NCBI GenBank assembly: GCA_051313645.2
Contig: JBNRSN020000016.1
Location: 58,776,001-58,840,000, forward strand
DNA: 64,000 nt
Direction: 5' to 3'
DNA from: Centroscyllium fabricii
Lineage: Eukaryota
Shown: one piece after another, positions 23,219 through 34,655 of the stretch
Numbering within the stretch: position 1 is the stretch's first letter
Layout of the letters: each line of letters starts with the position of its first letter
Made by a program: the position numbers and the translations under genes
The notes under the pieces: generated by a model
Databases searched by the model: none
What the model saw: the letters and a program-made list of their open reading frames with translations, nothing else
What the model was told of the DNA's origin: nothing

Positions 23219-24190
23219 AGAACATAAGAAATAGGAGCAGGAGCAGGCCAATCGGCCCCTCGAGCCCGCTCCGCCATTCAACAAGATCATGGCTGATCTG
23301 ATCCCAACCTCAATTTTATTTTAACTCTCCACCCCACCCAAACCCATGTGATCACCCGGGAGAGGCGAAAAACCAGATAAAAAACCCAGTAGCCAATTTG
23401 GGAGAAAAAATCTGGGAAATTCCTCTCCAACCCATCTAGGCGATTGAAAACTGGTCCAGGAGATCACATGGCCGATCTGAACCTATCCTCACGTCCACTT
23501 GCCTGCCCGCTCACCATAACCCCTAATTCCCTTTTCTTCCAGGAAACTGTCTATCTCTGTTTTAAAATTATTCAAAGTAGTAGCTTCCACAGCTCTCTGG
23601 GGCAGCAAATTCCACAGCCCCACCACCCTCTGGCTGAAGAAATTCCTCCTCATCTCCGTCCCAAATGAGTCACCCCTTATCCTTAGACTATGACCCCTGG
23701 TTCTGGACTCTCCTACCATCGGGAACATTCTTCCTGCATCAAGTCTGTCCAGACCAGTTAGAATTTTATACGTTTCGATGAGATCCCCTCTCAATCTTCT
23801 AAACTCCAGAGAGTACAAACCCAGTCTACCCAGTCTCTCCCCATACGTCAATCCTGCCATCCCAGGTATCAGCCTGGTGAATCTCCTCTGCACTCCCTCC
23901 ATTGCTAGAACGTCCTTCCTTAGATAAGGACACCAAAACTGCACACAGTACTCAAGGCTTGGTCTCACCAAGGCCCTGTACAACTGCAGCAAGACCTCCC
24001 TATTCCTGTACTCAAAAACCTCTCGCTATGAAGGCCAACATACCATTTGCCTTCTTAACCGCCTGCTGCACCTGCATGCTCACCCTTAGCGACCGGTGCA
24101 CCAGGACACCCAGGTCTCGTTGTACTTCCCTTTCTCCTAATCTATTGCCATTCAGATAATAGTCGGCATTTCTATTTTTTCCCCCAAATC
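23219..24190 (-). mobile_element. 5'-truncated CR1 with long 3'UTR
   Basis: ORFs 23489-23992 and 24012-24190 with CR1 motifs; tail. Confidence 0.88.
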
Positions 24191-24794
24191 TGTGATGTTG
24201 GCTGATACTCCAGTGCCCTATATAGGGGAAGTGCTGCGTTTTGGATGAGATGTTCAACCAAGGCCCATTCTGCTTACTGTGGTTTGGGTAGCCAGCAAAA
24301 TATTTCCTAACCAGATCTGAAGAGGACCAGGGAGTGCTTTTCAGTGCCTTGGTCAATATTCATACCTGCCTCTCTCAAGCAACAAAAATTTGAGCAAGTT
24401 AAAAATGGTTATGATCCATTACTACACCGACCTTTTTATTTTAGTTGATCTATGGATTTGCTCATGCAAAATTGAACAGAAAACTGGAATAGAGTAGGCT
24501 GCAAACTATTAAGCAGGTTTGCACAGGGCTGCTATATAATCCATTTCTGCAGGCCTCCGACTGCTTGTAGTCACATTTTAAGTTAGAACTTTTAAATGTT
24601 TAATTAGCTTAACATAAAATTTGTTCTAAATTTTAAAAAAATGGCTGAGTTATTTCAGCTTAACTTCTTTTTCTGTTTTTGGTGTGTAATTGTCTTGTTT
24701 GTTGCCCTGAAGACTTGTTTTAAAAATGCCAGTAGTAATTTCAAAGCTATCACAGGTGTGACTTCTGCTGTGAATTATTTTCCACTGTGGGATA

Positions 24795-27700
24795 GGTAGT
24801 GGAAAAGAGGGAGGTCATAGGAAGCCAGAAACAAATGGTAGGAAGGTGAGAAACAATAAGCAAGGGAGAGAAACACAAAGGGCCAAACAAATTCATAATA
24901 GTGTGATCAAAACAAGCCTAAAGGCTTTGTATCTTAATGCAAGAAGCATTAGGAACAAGGTGGATGAACTAGCTGTGGAAATAGAGGTAAGCAAATATGA
25001 GTTGATTGGAATTACGGAAACATGGCTGCAGGGGGGGCAAGGCTGGGAACTCAACATCCCGGGGTATACAACATTCAGAAAGGATCGGCACAAAAGAAAG
25101 GGAGGTGGGGTGGCATTGCTGGTGAAAGAGGGGATAAATGCAATTGAAAGGAAGGATATTAACTCAGATGATACGGAATCTATATGGGTAGAACTAAGAA
25201 ATAGTAAAGGGCGGAAAACATTAGTGGGAGTTATATACACAGGCCTCCAAATAGTAATATGGAGGTGGGGGACGGCATAAAAAGGGAAATTAGAGAAGCT
25301 TGCAATAAGGGCACAGCTGTCGTCATGGGCGACTTTAATCTACATATTGATTGGACTAGCCAAGTTAGTAAAAATACTGAGGAGGAGGAATTCCTAGAAT
25401 GTCTACGGGATGGGCATCTGGACCAATATGTCGAGGAACCAACTCGGGATCAGGCCATCTTAGACTGGGTATTGTGCAATGAGAAGGGACTAATTAACAA
25501 TCTCGTTGTACGAGGCCCCTTGGGTCGGAGCGATCATAATATGATCGAATTCTCAGTTGAGATGGAAAGTGAAAAGATCAACTCAGAGACTAAGGTCCTG
25601 AATTTAAATAAAGGGAATTATGAAGGTATGAGAAGGGAATTAAGCAAGATAGATTGGGCAGTGTTCCTGGGGGGATTGAATGTGGATAGACAATGGCAAG
25701 CATTCAAGTATAGGATGGAAGAAATACAGAACTCGTTCATACCGGTTTGGCATAAGAATAAACCTAGAAAGGTGACTCAACCGTGGATAACAAGGGAAAT
25801 AAGGGACAACATTAAATCCAAAAAATGGGCATATCAATTGGCCCAAAAAAGTACTAGGCCGGAAGATTGGGAGCAGTTCAGGATACAGCAAAGGAAGACA
25901 AAGGGATTAATCAGGAGGGGGAAGATAGATTATGAATGTAAGCTTGCGGCAAACATAAAAACTGACTGCAAAAGCTTTTATAGGTACATCAAGAGGAAAA
26001 GATTGGTAAAATCCCAAGTCGGTCCCTTGCAGTCCGATTCAGGGGAATATATAATGGGGAATAAAGAAATGGCAGACCAACTAAATTCATATTTTGGTAC
26101 TGTCTTCACAAAGGAGGACACAAGCAACCTCCCAGGGATAGCAGCGAACATAGGGTCCAATGCAAGGGAGGAGCTGACAGATATCAGTATTTCTAGGGAG
26201 ATGGTTTTGGGGAAGTTGAAGGGATTGAAGGCCGACAAATCCCCAGGGCCTGATAATCTACATCCTAGGGTACTTAAAGAGGTAGCCCCGGAAATAGAGG
26301 GTGCATTAAGGATCATTTTCCAGAACTCAATAGACTCTGGATCAGTACCCACGGATTGGAGGGTGGCTAATGTTACCCCACTATTTAAAAAGGGGGGCAG
26401 AGAGAAAGCAGGGAATTATAGACCAGTAAGCCTTACATCAGTAGTGGGCAAAATGCTCGAGTCCATCATCAAGGATGTAATCTCGGAGCATTTGACAAGT
26501 AGGGATGAGATCGGACAGAGTCAACATGGGTTTACAAAAGGTATATCATGTTTAACTAATCTATTGGAATTCTTTGAGGAAGTAACTCGGAAAATAGATG
26601 GGGGAGAGCCAGTAGATGTGGTGTACCTTGACTTCCAGAAAGCTTTCGATAAGGTTCCACATAAAAGATTAGCATGTAAAATTAAGGCTCATGGGATTGG
26701 GGGCAAAGTTTTGATGTGGATAGAGAACTGGTTGGCAGACAGAAAACAGAGAGTTGGAATTAACGGCTCGTTTTCTGGGTGGCAGCCGGTGACTAGTGGA
26801 GTACCGCAGGGGTCTGTCCTGGGACCTCAGCTGTTTACAATATATATTAATGATCTGGATCAGGGAATTGAATGTAATATCTCCAAATTCGCGGACGACA
26901 CCAAACTAGGAGGGGGGGCAGGCTCTGAAGAGGGTGTCAGGAAGTTACAGGGCGATTTGGATAAGTTGGGGGACTGGGCAGATAGATGGCAGATGCACTA
27001 TAATGTGGATAAATGTGAGGTTATCCACTTTGGGGGCAAAAACAGGAGGGCAGATTACTACTTAAATGGCAATAGATTGGGAGATGGGGAGGTGCAGAGA
27101 GACCTGGGTGTTCTTGTGCACCAGTCGCTGAAGGCGAGCACGCAGGTGCAGCAGGCGGTTAGGAAGGCAAATGGTATGTTGGCCTTCATATCAAGAGGGT
27201 TCGAGTATCGGAATAAGGATACCTTACTGCAGCTGTACAAGGCACTGGTGAGACCACACCTCGAGTACTGTGTACAGTTCTGGTCGCCTCGCCTGAGGAA
27301 GGATGTTCTTTCCATGGAAGGAGTGCAGCGGCGTTTCACCAGGCTGATTCCTGGAATGGCAGGAATGACCTACGAGGAGAGATTGTGTAGTCTGGGCTTG
27401 TACTCGTTGGAGTTTAGAAGATTGAGAGGCGATCTCATTGAGACGTATAAAATTCTGAAAGGTCTGGACAGGTTAGATTCAGAGAGAATGTTTCCAATGG
27501 CGGGGGAGTCCAGAACCAGGGGCCACAGTCTAAGGATAAGGGGTAAACCATTTAGGACAGACATGAGGAAGAATTTCTTCACTCAGAGAGTGGTGGGCCT
27601 GTGGAATTCCCTGCCACAGAGGGCGGTGGAGGCCAGTTCATTAAACATATTCAAGAGGGAATTGGATATATTTCTTCAAGCTAAAGGGATTAAAGGTTAT

Positions 27701-27828
27701 GGAGAAAAGGCGGGGACGGGGTACTAGCTTGCTAAAGATCAGCCATGATCTCATTGAATGGCGGAGCAGGCTCGAAGGGCTGAATGGCCTACTCCTGCTC
27801 CTATCTTCTATGATTCTATGATTCTATG
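24795..27828 (+). mobile_element. Near-intact CR1 ORF2 (APE endonuclease + RT) with 3' tail, antisense in the last FANCA intron
   Basis: NARS, ITETWL, GDFN and SDH endonuclease motifs; 822-aa open RT ORF 25259-27727; one frameshift at ~25238; (ATTCTATG)n tail. Confidence 0.95.
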
Positions 27829-28229
27829 TGCAGTCATATGTCCACCTCTAGATAAAAGCATAGTTCCTTTTTGGCAAGAAGCATTTTCTGTGTGTGCCAC
27901 GGAGTAATGGAGCTATTTTATTTCACTTGTCATTCAGAGAAGCATGAGAAAAACAATCTGAATAAAGCCACTGGTTTTAATTTTTTTTAAATAAGCTTTG
28001 CTATTCTCTATTGTTAGCTACGTTAACAATAATCTCACATTGTTAGCATGGAACAAGCAGGAGGAAAACAGGTACCTTGCATTCTCACATGCAAGAGATT
28101 AGCACCAGTTATTTTACCTTAAATAATCAAGTGAAATAAGTGCATCAAATAAAGAGGGTTTGAGTGACTCAGTGATGGAATTATCGTTTGCTTGCATTGC
28201 AGTTAATTTTGTCAGAAGCGCTTACTTAC

Positions 28230-28322
28230 TTTGTTGTGCTGTGAAATTGTCTGAGCAGGACACCATGGAATTGTACGAAGTAGGAACTGATGCCCTCGCG
28301 TTATTAAACCCAAAGGGTCAGG
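28230..28322 (-). CDS. FANCA: FANCA ~exon 42: PDPLGLITRGHQFLLRTIPWCPAQTISQHNK
   Basis: AG/GT sites, 93 nt, phase 0-0; resembles recalled human [22 protein letters not shown]. Confidence 0.88.
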
Positions 28323-28583
28323 CTGAGAAGAGAAGCATAGCTCATTAAAAAAAATTGAAGCCAGTGGCTTTATTCAGAGTGGTTTACTTCTCTGAATGAC
28401 AACATTTTGTCACCCAGCACATTTTTGCACATCTGCAGTAGCTGTTGCCAATTTAGTGCCATATATGGGAATTGGGTCAACACTATCCAAACTCATTTTA
28501 CTCCAGACACTTACAGCTAACGGAGAACAAGGACTAGATTTGAACTTGGGACCCAAAAGGTGAAAGCACAGTGCATTTAACCC

Positions 28584-30394
28584 CAGGGCGTGACAAGCCC
28601 GCTTGCCCGGTGCAAGCAAAATGCGGCGAAGGGCAAGTAAATCAAAATCTCAATTGCCCGATCGGGCAAGTGCGATGCAGAGCCTCCCAGCGCCTGCGCA
28701 GTGGCCAGGTCCGCTGGAGAGGTGTGCGCGCGCAGCCAGGCGCCGATGAAGAGGCAGGTCGCAGGGTGAAGCCGCGCTCTCCGGCTAGGCGCCGCTGTCG
28801 AATGGCGGGCCCCAGTTGGGCCCGGGGGTTGGCGCTGCTCCACTAGCGGGCCCTGATGGTGGCGTGGAGCTGCTGTTGCTGCTCGGGGAGGGTGTGTTGG
28901 GGCCCAGCTCGCCACAACTACTCGCAGCACGTTTGCAGCCGGTCGGCTCCAGGCGCAGCGCTCCGAGCTCAGATGCAGTCCATTTGTACAGTCATGTCGC
29001 CAGCATGGGGATCTGCCTCCCCTCTCGCTGGACAACATCCAGGATCATGTGGTGTACATGTTTAAAACTGTACGACAAAATTAATCCCGACAAGCTTGGA
29101 GGAAGTGTGGAGGCTGATCGGTGAGGGCCGGGCCTGGCACACTATAGGGGGCTTATAGTACATGTGGAAAATCTTTACTATATACACTAATTAAAACCTT
29201 AAATGTTTTAAACATTTTTATTGAACTTATACAGTAGAATAATATGACTTATTAACCAGTGAAGACATTGATTTGTTCGATATACTCTCTGAACCCTCAA
29301 TTCATCCCCATTTCTTTAGTGGGCAAAGTACACTTTAAACTAAATTGAAATTAGCTTTATCACACGATATTTCTGCATGCAGTAGCCAGGGTCTCAATTC
29401 AGTTTTCCTTTGTTTTCAGGGCTAGCCGTAGGGTTTACTGCTCCTTTTTGAGACAGCACACTCATTAAAAAAGGGTGGCACGGTGGCATAGTGGTTAACA
29501 CTGTTGCCTCACAGCACTGGAGACCCGGGTTCAAATCCAGCCTCGGGTACTATCTGTGAGGAGTTTGCACATTCTCCCCGTGTCTGCGTGGGTTTCCTCC
29601 GGGTGCTCCGGTTTCCTCCCACAGTCCAAAGATGTGCGGGTTAGGTTGATTGGCCATGATAAATTGACCCTTAGTGTTAGGGGGATTGAATATGTGGGGT
29701 TACGGGGATAGGGTGTGATATGTGTCGGTGCAGGCTCGATAGGGATCGAGGGATATGGGGAGAGGGCAGGGTACTGGGTTTGGATGATCAGCCATGATCT
29801 CATTGATTGGCGGAGCATTCTCGAAGTCCGAATGGCCTACTCCTGCTCCCATCTTCTATGTTTCTATGATTGTAGCGATGCTTTGTGTTGTTGACATTTT
29901 AAAATTTCCCTTCTAAAAATAACTTTTTGTTCCCGGGGTCAATGAGCGTGGAGGAAGTGTGGAGGCTGATCGGTGAGTGACGGGCCGGGCACACCATAGG
30001 CAGCCAGCCAGCCAGCAGCGCAGCCCCGCCGGAGTACTTTCTGTCCTGGGTCACAGTGGCTTCCTCCTCACCAAGGCCGTCGGCACCGGATGAAATAGTG
30101 GGTGTGCACACGGGGAGCCATCAGTCGGTGCCACTGGTGATTTTTCCACTTTTAAAGGTGGAATAGGATGGAGAGGCCAATAGTTTTAGGGAGAGAGGGG
30201 CAGAAACCGGGCCAATGCAACTAAAGGCACAATCACAATCTGTGGCTTTATATTGAAATATTTTAATAAAAATGTGAAATCTTTATTTATTTCTTTAAAA
30301 ATTTCAGGCAAGTGAAATTTGTGTTCGGGTAAGTGTTTTAGAAAATCCACTTGCCCGACTGGGCAAGTGAAAAAAAAAATTTTGTAGCACCCTG
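28584..30394. mobile_element. Non-autonomous DNA transposon with CAGGG termini and GGGCAAG/CTTGCCC subterminal repeats; contains a SINE
   Basis: Imperfect TIRs CAGGGCGTGACAA / TTGTAGCACCCTG; a related left end occurs at 62932. Confidence 0.65.
29473..29868 (+). mobile_element. HE1-like V-SINE, full length
   Basis: tRNA-like head with A/B boxes, V domain, CR1 tail. Confidence 0.9.
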
Positions 30395-30823
30395 AACCAC
30401 AGGGATACTGGTCTACATACATGCAAAAGTCAGAGACAAGTCCAGTACCAATTGTGCACACCAGTCAGAATTAATCAATGGCAGAATGTGGTGGAGGTCT
30501 TGAATCTGGCTGCTGCCATTGTCTAAAAGTAGTGATGGGCTGATTGCAGGGGGCATCAACAGTTAATTTGAAAATCAATCTTATTTCAAAGTTAGAACTT
30601 GACATTGTGTTGAAATAGTGTCACCTAGCACTAGTGCAACAAAGAAAGCCTCTAAGCTACTCGAACATTATCATGAAAGAAATTAATATTAATGGGGCTG
30701 AACTGTATAACAAGATTAGTTATTTTCTTTCACCAAACTACAAATTAGAAAACAGCAACTTGAGAGAAAGTGATTTAACATTTCTTTTCATCATTTATGA
30801 AGTTCTGCATTAACCATGTTTAC

Positions 30824-30986
30824 CTGCTTGAAGCTTTGTAAATCACACTGATCTGAGGCTGAGATTATATCTTCTCCATCAAGGAAGAGCTTGACCATTG
30901 CTGTATACAAAGCGATCGCCACTGCCAGGAAATCTGGGTGTTTGATGACAGAAGAAAGCAGCTTTTGATCCAGACCAGGAATAAGG
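30824..30986 (-). CDS. FANCA: FANCA ~exon 41: (S)LIPGLDQKLLSSVIKHPDFLAVAIALYTAMVKLFLDGED...FKQ
   Basis: AG/GT sites, 163 nt, phase 2-0; resembles recalled human [21 protein letters not shown]. Confidence 0.9.
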
Positions 30987-32165
30987 CTATTGGAAAATTG
31001 AGAAATATTAAAGACTTGAAAACAATTACAAATATGCAAAATACACATCAGAATCACTTCTGATTTCCTGCATAATAGGCATGATTTTGCCAGCCCCGGG
31101 GAGGCAGGTCTGCCAGGAAAATGGCAGAATCTGGGGGCAGGTACTCATCCCGCCTCTCTGCCATCTTCCCAGGAGGCGGGTACCTGGCCTGGGTCCCATC
31201 TCCTGGAGGTGGGATTAAGAGGATTGTCCCCATTTTTCCATCATAGGTGCAGGCTTCCCAACATTGGGAAACCTCGCCAGGGTCAGCGGGGTCCAAAAGT
31301 GCACGGTGGAGGTGATGCATGTGTGGAGAGGTAAATATGTGAGGTGAGTGAAGTGATCCTTACCTTTATTTCTTCCTGCGGGCTTCAATCGTTGGGGATG
31401 CGGAGGCTCCGCCCTCTCAATTGCAGAGGTGACAGAATGGCTGCTGCATTCTCCGATGCAACAGCCATCCGCTTTTGCTCACCAAATAGGTTTTGGTGAG
31501 CCTTGAGTACAAGAACTCACCAAACATCAGTGTTTGACAGCTTCTGAAAGCTGTCAATTGATGACAATTCATCTGTCAAAAGCTGACAGATGAAGCGCCA
31601 TACGCCGACTGGCTTCCCCTTAATTGGCCTGCTGAGCCCGGTGGGTGGGCTTAACAAGGTCAATCAAGGGAAAACAGCGTGGGTTGGCCACAAGTCAATT
31701 GAGGGGGGACTAAAACCCAACAAGCAGCAGTCCCGCCTCCAGTGCGCCCCCATTGACAAAATTCACCCCCAAAGTGTGTGAACTGTTAGAAATCAGTATC
31801 CCTTAAAAGGAGTTCAAGAAAGCCTTTCTTTAAGAGTTGAGGACAGAAGGCAGCCTTGCATTTTGCACTTTTGATGCTGCATTGGCTGGTGTCGCTAATC
31901 AATTCCTTACATTCATCAAGGCACAAATGCTGCCGGCTGCTTAGAAAGGCACATTTACACAGATGTAAATTCACATTTACTTCACTTGTACAGCAATTGC
32001 AAAATAAAATTCAATTTAAATCTCTCCCCTCCTCAGAAACGACTTGGGAGAAAACAGATTTAAAATCAAGTCACTTGGGACTACATACATCTCTTAACAC
32101 ATCCCATTTCTTAAATGTAAGCTACTGATGAAACGGTCTTAATTTTTTTAAGTTACATATTGTAC

Positions 32166-32241
32166 CTGTAGAAAGCAACAGGAAGAAGTTTAATTTCCAT
32201 AGCAGAGATCATGCTGTACAGGATCTGGTGCGGCCCACGAT
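32166..32241 (-). CDS. FANCA: FANCA ~exon 40: (D)RGPHQILYSMISAMEIKLLPVAFY(S)
   Basis: 76 nt, AG/GT, LLPxAFYS motif. Confidence 0.9.
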
Positions 32242-32809
32242 CTGTTGTGAAGGGGAGGGAAAAAAAGCACTGAGGGCCCAATATTCAGATGTCTTTTGTG
32301 GCACTACATTGTGGCCACACACATGCACACAAATAAATAGATTAATCATTTCTGGAGGACAATAAGATTTATGTTAAAGACAAATTAAAATAATTATTCA
32401 TCATGCATTAGATGATAAAACACCCACTCCAATCATGCTCGCTACTCACTGAAACTTTAGAATGTGTTTAGCAGGCTCCCAACTGCTTTGCTGATGTGGA
32501 ACTTATTCATCTCGTTCTTTCATTTTAAAATTCTCATCCTGGTTTTCAAATCCCTCCATGGCCTCGCCCCCCACAAACCTCCAGCCCACAACCCTCCGAG
32601 ATCTCGGAGCTCCTCCAATTCTGGCAGCTTGTGCTTCCAGATTTTAAGCGCTGCACAATTGGCAGCCATGCCTTCAGCTAACTAGGCCCCAAGGTCTGGA
32701 ATTCCCCCTTAAACCTCTCCGCCTTTCTACTTCCCTCTCTTTATCCCAATATCTTATGTGGCTTGGTGTCAAATTTTGTTTGATAACACACCTCTAAAGC
32801 GCCTCTAAA

Positions 32810-33083
32810 GCGTGGGTTTCCTCCGGGTGCTCCGGTTTCCTCCCACAGTCCAAAGATGTGCGGGTTAGGTTGATTGGCCAGGATAAATTGACCCTTAGTG
32901 TTAGGGGGATTGAACATGTGGGGTTACGGGGATAGGGTGGGATATGTGTCGGTGCAGGCTCGATAGGGATATGTGGAGAGGGCAGGGGCGGGGTTTGGAT
33001 GATCAGCCATGATCTCATTGAATGGCGGAGCAGGCTCAAATGCCGAATGGCCTGCTCCTGCTCCTATCTTCTATGTTTCTATG
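32810..33083 (+). mobile_element. 5'-truncated HE1-like V-SINE
   Basis: V domain and CR1 tail matching 29473-29868. Confidence 0.85.
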
Positions 33084-33286
33084 TCTTGGGAAATTTTACT
33101 ACGTTAAAGGTGCCATTAAAATACAAGTTGTTGTAGTAATGCTATTAAAAGAAATGGAGGGACCAACACTTATTTGGCACATTTCCAGTTTTGGGATAAT
33201 ATGTAATAGTGTGTGGTTCAGGTAGTGGCTGGACAGTATTTGATGTACTGCTTAAAAATAAATCAGGACAAGGTGAAACAACTTAC

Positions 33287-33392
33287 CCTTGTTCACCACC
33301 AAAAATATATTCAGCCAGGATTTGTTCTGCTCCTCCAAAACCATGATCACCGCAGCACATGTTTTTAATGCAACAGTTAAGCCGGAGGCTTC
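33287..33392 (-). CDS. FANCA: FANCA ~exon 39: EASGLTVALKTCAAVIMVLEEQNKSWLNIFLVVNK
   Basis: 106 nt, AG/GT, CAA.I..LE....SWL motif. Confidence 0.9.
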
Positions 33393-33991
33393 CTTTTCAA
33401 ATAAAAACAATGAAATTGTCAGACTCGCAGCAATGTGGGAGAACCACATTCAAGCAGTTTCAAAGCAAATTATAGATCATCTATTTAAATGGAATGCACA
33501 CATTAAAAAATGACCCAAAAATTATTTATTTGTGCAAAAGATGCGTAATGGTTATGGAGTGAAATACTTCAAAGATCGAAGAGCTCCCGAAGGTACAGGT
33601 GAGTTCAACAAGTCATCCTCCACTAAATAAATGTGTACATGTACATTATTTCACACTTGGACATTACACTTTCCAGTTGTACTACAACTGTGCAGATGTG
33701 TTAATCAAGTACCTGTAGTAATTTTAATTATTGACCTTTCCTTATTTCAAGCATGGAAAGAAGTTTGCTTTATGATGATGTGCTGCATCACTAAAGTTAC
33801 TGTGCTCCGAGAAGAGAATAATAGTTTCCCCATGCACAGTAAAACATCTGTTTATATTTAACACAAAAAAAAAAATCACCCTTGAGATGCAGCTTCTTGG
33901 CTGTCCAGGTATAAAAGCATTACTAGGAAACTGTACACTGACTCGGCTTGCTATTTGTATGAATGGAAAGTGTACTCCTGCCAACAACGTA

Positions 33992-34509
33992 CAGGAAAAT
34001 CTATTATCCGGCACCTAAATATCCGGAATTCTCTACTAACCAGCAAAATTCTCGCTCCAAAAACAACCTCAATAACCGGCAATGTTGACGAGTCCGAGAC
34101 CGAGTCTCCTACGGTGGCCGAGTCAGTCAATCAGGGTAGTTCTCCAAACTGCCACTGCTCGGATTCTTGGCGCTGTCTGAAGACCTCAAAAACCCTGCAA
34201 CAGAAGCCTGACTCTCCCACGCTGCCAGTAGCTTCTTCTGATCGGCCATTTTACAGGGGTACAGTACTGTGCGTCTCCCGTGCTGCTGGTAGTCAATGCA
34301 TTGCATTATGGAAATCCCAAAAGTTGGTCCAAGCAAAACATTCTGTAGGTGAGTGCACAATTACTGTATACTGCACATTTCTTGATTAAAAAAAATAATT
34401 CTTTGTTTAAAAAAAAAGCCTCAGTAGATAACGCTCTCTGTTATCCGGAAATTTTGATAAACCGGCAACACGCCGGTCCCGTCTGTGCCGGATAATAAAG
34501 AATTTCCTG
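33992..34509. mobile_element. Tigger/pogo-like MITE
   Basis: Imperfect TIRs CAGGAAAAT..TTATCCGGCAC / GTGCCGGATAA..ATTTCCTG flanked by TA. Confidence 0.72.
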
Positions 34510-34592
34510 TATACTAAAATAAGTAAAGCATCTTTGGCTTCAATCTGTACCTGAAGCAAACCTTTGTAGGGATGAAAGCAACACATATTTAC

Positions 34593-34655
34593 CTTTGGTT
34601 GCAATAGGGATGAGATCAGGTCCATCAAACTGAGATACAGCACAGAAACCTGGAG
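34593..34655 (-). CDS. FANCA: FANCA ~exon 38: LQVSVLYLSLMDLISSLLQPK
   Basis: 63 nt, AG/GT, SLM.L.SS motif. Confidence 0.88.

Noticed and set aside
29473-29545. tRNA gene candidates (also ~8165-8238 and ~48347-48440)
   Set aside because: They are tRNA-derived SINE heads continuing into SINE bodies
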